Assembly (NCBI GenBank): GCA_030141605.1
Contig: JAQGDQ010001017.1
Location: 1 to 52,166 of the forward strand
Length of the DNA stretch: 52,166 nt
Origin: Tubiluchus corallicola
Lineage: Eukaryota; Animalia; Priapulida
Reading direction: 5' to 3'
The translations under genes and the position numbers were made by a program. Shown here one piece after another: positions 40,455 to 50,500 of the stretch. Every line of letters begins with the position of its first letter. Positions within the stretch are counted from its first letter, which is position 1. The notes beneath the pieces are model-generated. The model ran no database searches and was not told where the DNA came from. It saw only the letters and a program-made list of their open reading frames with translations.

Positions 40455-40772
40455 CTTAATTTTATATTATAAAAATACTATTTTATGTTCTAAATTTTAA
40501 ATTATCTAAATAAGTTTATAATTAAATAAGTAAACGATTATTAATATTTAATATTTATTTATTTGCTTAAATTTTTATTATGCAATTAATTATATTATTT
40601 CAAAACCTCTAAAATTTTCTCATACCTGTTTTTTCAAAGTCGGCCCAAGTCCCAGTCAATTAAAAGAAGAAAGATTTAAGCTAACAATTTAAGTCTAAAT
40701 AAAGCTTCTTTGAAGCTCAAAAGCAAAAACTAACTTTTAAGCAAACTGTTTAAATTGCTGCTAATTGTTGAA

Positions 40773-40921
40773 GGTCACTGCTATCTGCAACATCAAAAAT
40801 ACTGGGCAGTTCCATTAATGACACTAAGGACGTTCGTTTAACATTGGAACAGAACGTAACAACACCTGAAAGTGAAGTTAAACTGAAGGACGATCGATCA
40901 AAGGATGTGAAATTGGAACAG
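40773..40921 (+). CDS. PKD1-like gene 2 exon
   Basis: SLLSATSKILGSS...KLEQ|GTAACT; phase 2-0. Confidence 0.72.
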
Positions 40922-40963
40922 GTAACTTGCACAGATGAGTTTATTTGCTTCCTATACAAAGTA

Positions 40964-41646
40964 CAATCATTTACAAACGTGTAAGACCAAAGTGATTTTT
41001 TTCATGAAAATTGAAAAAGCCATCGTTTAAAACGGTTCCATCTAAAAACTATTCATTTATTCTTCTAGAAAAATATACTACAGCATAGTTTGTATGTTTT
41101 TATCCAAAAATAGTCACAGTCCTTGAACATTTTAGTACTTTGTATGACTGCCTTCATTCTAAGAGGCATGCTGGAAATTAGGTTTTGGCAGTACTCGGAG
41201 GTAATTTCTTTAACCCAAACGTTCTTGATAACTCTTCGCAAGTCTTCAGCACTTGATGGCTGCCTGTCTGCCACCTTATCCTTCAGTATCTTCCAGAGAT
41301 TCTCTATCTGATTGAGGTCCGGGCTGTTTCCAGGCCATTCAAGTACGGCGATGTTCTTCTCCCTGAGTAAATTGGTGGTCACCTTCGATCTGTGACAAGG
41401 AGCTTAACCCTCTGAGTCTCACTCAATGACGATTTTTTGCTCATTTTTTGCATCAAAAGACAAAATACAAAAACGGCCGATCTGTTTGAATAGCAGCAGG
41501 CAAATGATTCACTCATACTCACTAGACGTACTGTCTCAAACCACTAGCAGTATGATGCAATCAACAAAGAATCTGATGCAATCAGGGTACAGTATGATGA
41601 AAATCCCGAAAACTCGAGCTTGGTCTTAAACTTTTGCAAGTGACTG
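40964..41646 (-). mobile_element. Tc1-family element, longer internally deleted copy with transposase C-terminus
   Basis: Same TIRs and TA flanks; ORF 41065-41382 has LEWPGNSPDLNQIENLW (Tc1 WPxxSPDLNPIE motif); a truncated end copy lies at ~40216-40280. Confidence 0.88.
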
Positions 41647-41978
41647 TAATTCTTTGGTACTCTGATGGCCAAGCAAATTACAACTCTTTTGTTCTGCTAA
41701 TGGTTTCAAATTTATCCTTGTTTTCTAGTAATGGTTCTCAAATTTTGGCGTTTGCAAAAAACTTTGAAGAAGGACCATGGCCGTCCTACTTGTTTCACTA
41801 ATATTTGCAAAATTGTTGTGTAGCTGGAGTTTTTGCGTGCGCGTGCATGCGTATGCGAGCGAGTAAGCACAGGAATATAGGTTTCCTGTTGTCCCAAGAA
41901 AAGTAGTATGTAATGTAAGTCCATCTCAACTTGCTTTTAAAATAGTGTTTTCAATTGCCAAAGAGCAACGGTTTAATG

Positions 41979-42390
41979 TAGGGGTATGCAAATTATCTGA
42001 CTAGCTGGGCATCCGACCTGCGTACATCATTACTACTACACTCAAGAAACTATTTTAGAAGTTATTAAAATTTATATTACAAACCATATATTTCTACTTT
42101 CAGGACAGATAGTGGTAATTTCATTACAATGCATATTAGTAATGTGTATCACACAGTCTGTGTAGAACAGTGACATTAAGCTGCAACCGTCTTGTAAGGG
42201 TTAATGGCATCCGATCTAGTAGAAAAAACTACCCGCACTATCTTTGGGATCATGGCACGGACTTCAGCTGGATACACTCAATTAATCGCCCGGGCCGCAC
42301 TTTCATTAGGTCGACAAATCTCTTCGCGGGCTGCACAAATTCTCTCGGCGGGCCGCAGGTGGCCCGCGGGACGCAATTTGCACACCCCTG
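41979..42390. mobile_element. hAT MITE family 1, copy 3 (internal deletion)
   Basis: TIRs and perfect 8-bp TSD GTTTAATG. Confidence 0.9.
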
Positions 42391-42708
42391 GTTTAATGGA
42401 TTACCTTAAAATTCAGAATGAATACACGCAAAAAGATGTTTTTACTTTCTGTTTTGTAAAAAAAAGAATTGAATACTTAAAGCAGTTTTTAAATAAAAGG
42501 ATATATTGGGGTGCACTTGTAAATGAGTGCTCTCTAAACGCTGCTTCTAAGAGTGGGACACTGTAGGCTCTTCAGTTCAATTCGTGGTGTCAATCATTCT
42601 TTGCTTATCCCCTGACAGATACTAAAAGGCATGGAAAATTGCTAACGTGTTCCCTTATCTTCATCGCATGTGTTATGATATTGGTATTTTATGTGTTGAA
42701 ATATCCAG

Positions 42709-42865
42709 GCTAAAGACATATTACAGAAAGTTCTCAATACGCTAGACAATGTTGCAAAAGCCATACTTGTACACAAACCTGCAGCAGAAGAAGGAACAAC
42801 TATATCAACAGATACTGTGACACTGTATGTAAAACGAGAAGATGTTAGTAAATTAGGAGGCAATG
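42709..42865 (+). CDS. PKD1-like gene 2 exon (GAIN-like region)
   Basis: AKDILQKVLNTLDNVAKAIL...EEGTTISTDTVTLYVKR; phase 0-1, GTAAGT donor. Confidence 0.8.
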
Positions 42866-42933
42866 GTAAGTATAAAATTATTTATTATCAATGTTCTGTA
42901 ATTATGTCTTCAAGATGGACAACGTTTTATTAA

Positions 42934-43427
42934 CCCTTTCATACCCGTTGTATCCCGTGGGATACGAGAATATTTTCTGTTTTTCAAATTTAATAAAATT
43001 TTAAAATTGACAGTTATTTGATCTGTTAATAGTTATTTTGATTTAAGCCAATAACAATAGACTAAAAATGGTGATAAAATGACAAACTAGAAAATCTACA
43101 TAGCACAAAAAACTGCTCAAGGTACAGTACTTTAGAGACGACTTTGTACAGATCAGCATAGCATGCATACTAAATGTCTTAAATACTTTAAAAAATTATC
43201 AGCAGTTGCAAAATGAAGCACATTTTTTGCCTTTGTTGTGTTTTTAAAAAAATCGGACTTTGTTTTTTTTTGCACATGACAAAGAATGTCGTGTATCCCA
43301 CAGGATACATTGGGAACAAACGATTGTAATTCACTTTCATAATAATAGACACAGGAATGCAATGATGTGCAAAAGTACCAAGCCAAAATTTTTTTTCTAG
43401 CTAAAAAATAATTTGGGGCTGAAAGGG
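42934..43427. mobile_element. piggyBac-like MITE, copy 4
   Basis: TTAA flanks, CCCTTTC/GAAAGGG ends. Confidence 0.85.
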
Positions 43428-43620
43428 TTAATTTAAATTTTAGAGTAGTTTCAGGCAACATTTCATACTATAGTTTGTTGTTTGTAGATCGATTGCATGA
43501 TTTCATTATCAGAGAACAAATTGTTTTACAATTACTTGCATTCAGTTTTAAATGCAAAAGTTAGATCAATCAATCTCCTGCTACAGCAACAACTTAAATG
43601 ACTACATTACTTTGTTACTT

Positions 43621-44157
43621 ACTACGACCAAATCACGTTGAAAACACCGGCCGGTTCTCGTCTGATCACCGAAGTTAAGCAACGTAGAGCCTGGTTAGTA
43701 CTTTGATGGGTGACCGCCTAGGAATACCAGGTGCTGTAGGCTTGCAGGATGCCCACACTGTATCTTGACACTAGGCAGAGGAGCTGCACAAGCAGCCAAC
43801 GGCTAGAGGGCGGAGGAGGTCAAGTGACCCAATGGCAATGTGTAGAGGAGTAAACCTTCCAAATCAGGAGTGGAGCCCCGAAGGCGGACCAGTGCAGCAT
43901 GCTCACTGACTCCGGCAGCTTCTGCAGCCAACCCGGTGCCAAACGTATCGCTCCGCTTTCCTTTGGATTACACCAGGCAGGAAGAGAGGGGGTTCCTGTT
44001 GTCTGGGCAACTCAGGATATCCATACACCTTGCCCAGGCATGCGCCAAGGATCGCACTGCTCAGCCACAGTCGACGCTGCAGCTCCATCAATGTGATCAA
44101 TAACTGACTTTCGTGGCGCACACTCCATTGTCTTCCGAGACAGAAGGATGCCACACA
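43621..44157 (+). mobile_element. 5S rRNA-headed SINE (SINE3) with RTE-derived body and tail
   Basis: 43621-43743 is a near full-length 5S rRNA sequence with no oligo-T terminator. The 3' part encodes RIALLSHSRRC (RTE ORF C-terminus) and ends GAGACAGAAGGATGCC. Candidate 12-bp TSD ACTTTGTTACTT/ACTTTATTAGTT. Confidence 0.78.
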
Positions 44158-44429
44158 ACTTTATTAGTTCCACCATCACCACCACTACTATTTCCTAAAT
44201 AAAGTAATTCAGCTTTTTTACCTTTTCATTTTATCTCTCAAACTAATGGCTTAACAAATTTCTCCTTTGAAATTGTTCCTTCGGAACATTGAAATACGAA
44301 AATATACAGATTTGTGTAGTGAGCATTAGTAGATATGTTTTGTGTGAAAGTGTTTTTGACGTACGTGCATAATTATGTACTTATATGTTCCAAGTTTTTT
44401 TTAATATTGGTAATTGAATATCTTCTCAG

Positions 44430-44518
44430 GTTCAAAGATATCCATTGGAAACATTGGGTATTTTAAAATACCTGTTTCAGAATTTGTAACAGATCAGGAT
44501 GAAACAGTTGGTATTATG
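44430..44518 (+). CDS. PKD1-like gene 2 exon, last one visible; gene continues beyond window
   Basis: ttctcAG|GSKISIGNIGYFKIP...VGIM|GTAAGT; phase 1-0. Confidence 0.75.
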
Positions 44519-44768
44519 GTAAGTTGAACAATCTTTATCAAACTCTTGTTCTTCAATAAACAGTTATGAAGTTAAAGCTTTTACTGGTTGCTTGTAATAA
44601 ATGACTTTTCTTATACCACCTCAGTATATGTTTGCGCTGGAGCTATAATTGTATGCTTATTCTTATGTGGTATCTGGGGTATTTAAAAATGCAGATAATT
44701 TCGATCAATTTAGCAGTATTAGTACTGAGCACTCAGTGTTCACCTGAGAAAATGTACTGGATTGATGC

Positions 44769-44837
44769 TGTGAAAGTCATGTTTAAAGTTGTAGATCACT
44801 CACTTTGTAGAACAAGAATAAAAAACTATTCTACATA
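44769..44837 (-). mobile_element. Family A LTR fragment, interrupted by the BEL/Pao element
   Basis: TGTGAAAGTCATGTTTAAAGTTGTAGATCAC... as at 8500 and 14423; breaks at CTACATA. Confidence 0.85.
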
Positions 44838-45123
44838 TGTTTGGGCTTTACGGAGACAAACAAACAAAGTCATCATTCGCTCAGTGTAACTGTTTATTGT
44901 TTGTACTATTTTCATGGCACATGCCCCGTAGTCATATTTGCTTCATCCCAAAATATTACATTTTATATCGTTGGCATTAATCATGAGTTCACACAGCCAC
45001 GTCACCACATGTACACCTTGAAACCTAAATGCCCGGAAACTCTGTAGGAAGCGACTATTGAGGCCAGGTGTCGCCACTTGTAACTTATAGCTATACTAAA
45101 TTTGACAAACAAAATCCTTGACA
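44838..45123 (-). repeat. 3' LTR (286 bp)
   Basis: Minus strand TGTCAAGG...CCCAAACA, directly after the polypurine tract; first 128 bp (+ strand) identical to 52039-52166. Confidence 0.9.
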
Positions 45124-45133
45124 CCGCCTCCTT
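45124..45133 (-). other. Polypurine tract
   Basis: Minus strand AAGGAGGCGG immediately before the TG of the 3' LTR. Confidence 0.8.
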
Positions 45134-45212
45134 AAATGTATGTTAAACATTTACTATTTACTACAAAGAGTTTAACTGAGCAAAAATCTTTATGAACTGT
45201 GCAATCTAATTT

Positions 45213-47519
45213 TTACAGTGCTTCTCCTTTAAACTCATCAAGTGCGCTTTCAATCAAGCATAATCTGTGAATGGGGCGCTGCAGCTGCCCATCCTTTGTT
45301 TTTAGTGTTACGCTTCTCACTAGGCCGTCTCTTCCAACATGTTTTTCCGTTATTCGAGCAAGAAGCCAACAACTTCTGGGGGTTTCATCCATTATCAGTA
45401 CAACGTCGCCTATTTCGACATCCTTCTTCTGACGATTCCATTTTGAGCGGATCTGGAGAAGCGGCAAGTACTCCGTCTGCCAACGTCGCCAAAAGACATC
45501 AGCTAGGTATTGGATCTGGCGCCATTTGCGGCGATAGATGTCTGCTGATGTAAACTTTCCAGGAGGCAGGTTTGTTAAGTTACACTTCGCCAACAGCAGG
45601 TGATTGGGCGTCAGAGGACTACAGTCTTTTGGGTCGTCCGAGGTTGCCGTTAAAGGCCTACTATTGACAACGTTTTCAACAATGCAGAATAGAGTGTTGA
45701 GAGCTTCATCATCAAGAGCTTGTTCATTTGTCACAGAAAGCAAATGCTTCTTGACAATCTTGACCATTGCTTCCCATACTCCTCCCATGTGGGGAGCTCG
45801 GGGCGGATTATACTCCCACTCGATGTTTTCCTGGAGCAAATCTTTCTGAATAGTGTTGTGATTCCACTCTTTCATAGCCTTGGAAAGTTCCTTGTTGGCA
45901 CCTATAAAATTAGTGCCACAGTCGGACCTAATTCTGTTAGGTTTGCCTCTTCTGCTACAAAATCTATGGAGTGCTTTAATGAAGGAATCTGTAGACATCG
46001 AGAAGAGTACCTCCAAGTGGATGCTTCGTGTGGCTAGACAAGTAAAGAGTGCCCCATAACGCTTCACCTCGATTCTACCGCGTTTGACCACAATTGGTCC
46101 AAAGCAGTCCACGCCAACCGTAGAGAAGGAGCCTTGTTGAACTCTCTCAGGAGGCAAGTTGGCCATCTTTTGTTGCAATGGTTGAGAGTAACGCAGCCTA
46201 CATTGTCTGCATTCATGGATTACTTTCCGCACCATGACTCGCATCCCAATTATCCAGAACGCTCTACGGACTGAAGCCATGACATGTTCTCTTCCTGTGT
46301 GTCCATTCGTCTCGTGGAAGCGCTGTATGACAAGCCAAGACAGTCTATGATTTTTGGGAAGAATAACAGGATGACGAGCTTCATGATCTACTAGAGCATC
46401 TTGCAGGCGACCGCCGACACGCAAAATTCCCTCTTTGTCAATAAAGGGATCCAGCTTATACAGGCAGGATGATTTGGTTACAGAGCGTTCTCGGCATGTA
46501 GATTTGGTACGGGAACACATCGTCTTATATTCTTTGTTGAAACTTTGCTTCTGTGTGTGTCTGATCAGCTCATTCTGGGCCTCATTTAATTCAGTCAGAG
46601 TTAGATTTGTGGAACAATCCATATCACTTCCGCCAGAAGCTTTCCTGTGCAATATTGTTTTGGCTCGTAATAACCAGGCTAAACCTCTTTTTAGCATGTA
46701 AAAGGATGAGTAATACTGCAACAATTGATCTATGACATTATTTGAAGTTCCTTTGCATTCTACGACGTTCACAGTGGCTGGCCGCTTTACTTCTTTGTCA
46801 TTAGCTAGTATATCATCCGAATCTAAATTAGTCTGCGGCCACGAAGCTTCATCTTTTCTTAAGAAAGATGGACCAAACTTCCATCTATTGGAAAGTAGCA
46901 ATTCTTCAGCGCTCATGCCTCGGGACGCATCATCAGCGCAGTTGTCTGTTGAGCTAACAAACCGCCATTGAGTTGGTGAAGAGACTTGCAAGATTGAGTT
47001 GACACGGTTTTGGACGAATGTATGAAACCGCTTTGCTGTGTTCCGAATGTAATGAATAACTATCTGACTATCAGTCCAGAAGACCGACTGATCTGTACCA
47101 ACACAAAAGGATAGCTCTTCCCTTAGCATTTGATCAACTTTTGAGGCTAAAACTGCAGCGCAGAGTTCAAGACGCGGTATTGTAAGACCTTTAAGTGGGG
47201 CAAGTCTTGATTTAGCCATGAGGAATGCTGTGTGAATTTCACCTTGAGCACTCTTCATACGTACATAACTGACAGTACCATAAGCATAGCTCGAAGCATC
47301 GCAGAAATGATGCAACTGCAAATGGAAAATCAGGCCAAAATCACGAGGCTTCATGCATCTCTCCAACTTGAAGTTTTCTAGTGCGAAACAATCTCCTTTC
47401 CACTTTGCCCACTTGGCTTCTGTATCTCGTTCTAGAGCGTCATCCCAATCCTTTTTCTGAATTCTACATTCATCTTGGAAGAGTTTTTTGGCCTGCAGAA
47501 CGAATGGACAGATCATTCC
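45213..47519 (-). CDS. pol: BEL/Pao Pol C-terminal part: connection/RNase H, integrase, C-terminal domain (same frame as upstream ORF)
   Basis: LHHFCDASSYAYG, IPRLELCAA, FWTDS, H-x3-GH...CRQC, GVDCFGP, SDCGTNF, GGVWEAMV, NSRPLT, FWRRWQTEYL. Confidence 0.95.
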   Translation of the reverse strand, partial: GMICPFVLQAKKLFQDECRIQKKDWDDALERDTEAKWAKWKGDCFALENFKLERCMKPRDFGLIFHLQLHHFCDASSYAYGTVSYVRMKSAQGEIHTAFLMAKSRLAPLKGLTIPRLELCAAVLASKVDQMLREELSFCVGTDQSVFWTDSQIVIHYIRNTAKRFHTFVQNRVNSILQVSSPTQWRFVSSTDNCADDASRGMSAEELLLSNRWKFGPSFLRKDEASWPQTNLDSDDILANDKEVKRPATVNVVECKGTSNNVIDQLLQYYSSFYMLKRGLAWLLRAKTILHRKASGGSDMDCSTNLTLTELNEAQNELIRHTQKQSFNKEYKTMCSRTKSTCRERSVTKSSCLYKLDPFIDKEGILRVGGRLQDALVDHEARHPVILPKNHRLSWLVIQRFHETNGHTGREHVMASVRRAFWIIGMRVMVRKVIHECRQCRLRYSQPLQQKMANLPPERVQQGSFSTVGVDCFGPIVVKRGRIEVKRYGALFTCLATRSIHLEVLFSMSTDSFIKALHRFCSRRGKPNRIRSDCGTNFIGANKELSKAMKEWNHNTIQKDLLQENIEWEYNPPRAPHMGGVWEAMVKIVKKHLLSVTNEQALDDEALNTLFCIVENVVNSRPLTATSDDPKDCSPLTPNHLLLAKCNLTNLPPGKFTSADIYRRKWRQIQYLADVFWRRWQTEYLPLLQIRSKWNRQKKDVEIGDVVLIMDETPRSCWLLARITEKHVGRDGLVRSVTLKTKDGQLQRPIHRLCLIESALDEFKGEAL

Positions 47520-50500
47520 TTATGGGTCATAGACTGACGAAATGCAGCTTAACATTCCTCGTTTTGTACTGGGCTTGTCTTTGAGTGAAACCAAAATTCC
47601 AAGGCAATCTTCCTCAACTAGCCATTTAACTCCCAGTATGCGATCAGTTGGCAGAGGGCTCTGGGTTAAGTCAAGATTCTTGACTTCACTTCCACGTTCT
47701 TCAGCAGGCACAGATGCCAAGACCTCACGTCTGTTGCTGATCCACTTGGTTATGTGGAATCCACCAAGAGACAATAAGGCAGTCAGTTGAGAAACTAGCT
47801 GTATGGCTTCATTCACGGTGTTTAGCGATTTTAAAAGGTCGTCCACATAGAAGTTTCTCAAAACGGTTGCGACAACATTTGCGGGAAACAGATCTGCATT
47901 GTCTTTTGCAGTCCTTTGCAAAGCAAATGATGCAACGCTCGGGGACCACACCCCGCCAAACAAGTGTACACACATTCTAAAAGTACGTGGTTGACTGTTA
48001 AGATTTCCATCTTTCCACCAAAGGAAACGCAACATATTTCTGTGTTTAGGAGACACGATCACCTGGTGGAACATCTCCCGGATATCCGCCATTACTGCAA
48101 TAGGATTCTCTCGAAACCGAAGCAAGACTCCAATGCACGTGTTTGTGAGATCTGGCCCTTGCAATGCTAGTTTATTTAGAGATATTTCATTTGTTTCCGC
48201 TGCTGCATCAAAGACGATGCGAGTTTTCTCCGGTTTATTGGCATTAAACACCGGAAAATGGGGAAGAAACCATTTCCTGGAAGTAGGGTCATCATCTTCA
48301 TCGACCTCTTCTGCATATCCTTTCATGAATAGGTCATTCATAGCTATAGTGTATCGGTTGTGCAATTCTGTGTTCCTCTGCAGCCGTTTACGTAGACTTT
48401 CCAATCTAGATGAAGCCATTTGTAGCGTATCTGGTAAAACATCATTCTCAGATTTAAATGGGATGTCCAACTGGTAATGCCCATGTGTTTTTGTGATTGA
48501 AGCCTCCCATATATCGAGAGCACGCATATCGTCTCTAGAGAAGTGTCTGTCAGACTCGCTAGTTTCAATTTTCCAGAATTGTTTTATTTGCTGCTGCAAG
48601 GAATTGGTTTCTCCATATGACAATGCATTGGCTTGGGTTAAATTACTACAAATGCGCCCTAAATTAGGAACGCCGCCTCCTATGGGTCCATTAAGGGTCC
48701 AGCCTAGCTTTGTCTTCACAGCATATGGCGTTAGTCTAGGACCTGTTCGTACCTCAAGAGGAATCAGCGCATCAGGCACATCCTGGCCGATCAAAAGTCC
48801 CAGTTCAGTTAGGTCTTCTGTATCTGTGAACGATAGGGGAAGTCCTTGCAAATGCGGCCATTGTTCTACATCCTTGCTAAAGGCCAAGCAGTCCTTTTCC
48901 AGTAACAATGCAGGCCTAACGAAGACATGAGGCAAAGCTATTTTATTGCCAGTGTTTACCCCAGTAACAGACATCTTCGTGATTAAAGTGTTTATCTTGG
49001 AATATTTCTCTTCTATAGTGGTTAAAGAGAGCGTTCGTTCTTGTCCAGTAGCCCCAAGTTTGTCGAACAATGCCTTTGTACAAAAAGTGTTAGTCGAGCC
49101 AGGGTCAAGTAGGGCTAAAGTACGCACGGGCATCTTCCCATCAACTTCAACCAAAACTGAGACAACAGGGAGAGCCACTTTGCCGCCTTCCTTAATACTA
49201 GCACAACTGCTAGAAGCTTCTGGTTTGCAATGTGTTAGCGCTTTTTCCTCCTTGCTTCCATCATTGTTTTTAGAAGGTGACATTTTCTCCAAGGCAGCAT
49301 GCAGTAAATTTGAATGCTTACGTCTGCATCCTTCTACGTCGCATCCTGCTTTGAAGCACCGAGCAGCCCTGTGCTTTCCTTTAATCAAACAATTGAAGCA
49401 AAGACCTTCTCTTCTGGCGGTTTTCAATCTATCAGTATCATTCATTGACTTAAATTTATTGCATAGCCTGAGTGAACGGTGTTCCGTAGAGTTACATAGA
49501 AAACAAGGCATCTCTAGGCGTTGAGAAGCCATTTTGCCACCACTTCCGGTTGTATTTCCGGGTTGTCGTTCACTGTTGCATTTCGTAATTGACGCAGTTT
49601 CCTGCGCTGAGCTGGCGAAATTCCTGGCTTTGGTGTCGCGTTTACCTTTTGGGCTCCTGGTAGGCAGGCTAACGTTAATGTCGCCAAAAACAGGATGATT
49701 CATTTTGTCAGCTGCGTCCTTAATGAATTCGACTACATCAAATATCGTCGGATTCCTGTGCTCATATTTCAGAAGCCTGGCTACAACATCCTTCCACCTA
49801 TCCTGGAACTTGAATGGGAGTTTTTTAATTATTTGTAGCAAACTGCATTGAGTACTAATTTCGCAAACGTTGTTCATTATTTTCAAAGTTTCCACACAAG
49901 CCACAATCAAATCCGAAAATTCCTGTAACTTTCCCGGTTCATTTATCTTTATGGGCTCAAATTCAGCAATTCTGGAAAGCCAGGCCTGTGTGACAACAAA
50001 TGGCGAGCCGAATCTTTCGGTTAAAAGCTGTTTAGCATGCCCATATGCAAAACGGGGGTCCATGTAATTACAACTGTCAACAACTCTTTTAGCTTTACCA
50101 ATGCAGAGTTGGGCTAACCTAGTGTACCTCGCTGCATCATCTTGGGTATAGTTCTCCACGCTGGCTTCGAAACGCTTGATAAAGCTCCAGAACTTCATTA
50201 CGTCACCATCAAACGTTTCAAGCTGCACGTGTGGAAGCTGCATAGCATTGTACATATTTAAGTGTTGTCTTTGGCCTTCTAACATGAGGTCCATAAAAAC
50301 GTTCATGTCATTCTGACTAGCCCTACCGGAGAAATTCCTAGAATTATTTTGTATCCCGTTACCATAAGAAGCCTGAGGCGATGTAGCCGGAAGCGGAAGT
50401 TGCGTATTCCCTGGGACGAAGTCACGTGCAGAAATATTTAAAGTTTGTTCTACCTGGGGTGATTTAAATGCGGCATGGAAGAACGGCGTAGTTTGTTTAA

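Noticed and set aside
40280-40620. Extremely AT-rich block with (TAA)n, possible mitochondrial insertion
   Set aside because: No convincing mitochondrial gene motif by eye; needs a BLAST against the mitogenome.
43621-43743. Functional 5S rRNA gene
   Set aside because: Altered 5' end, 4-bp internal duplication, no oligo-T terminator, and it continues into a retroposon body.
45134-45212. env-like gene in the BEL element
   Set aside because: Only about 80 bp between the pol stop and the PPT.
45242-50067. Plus-strand ORFs overlapping pol
   Set aside because: Antisense shadows of the long minus-strand ORF with no recognisable motifs.
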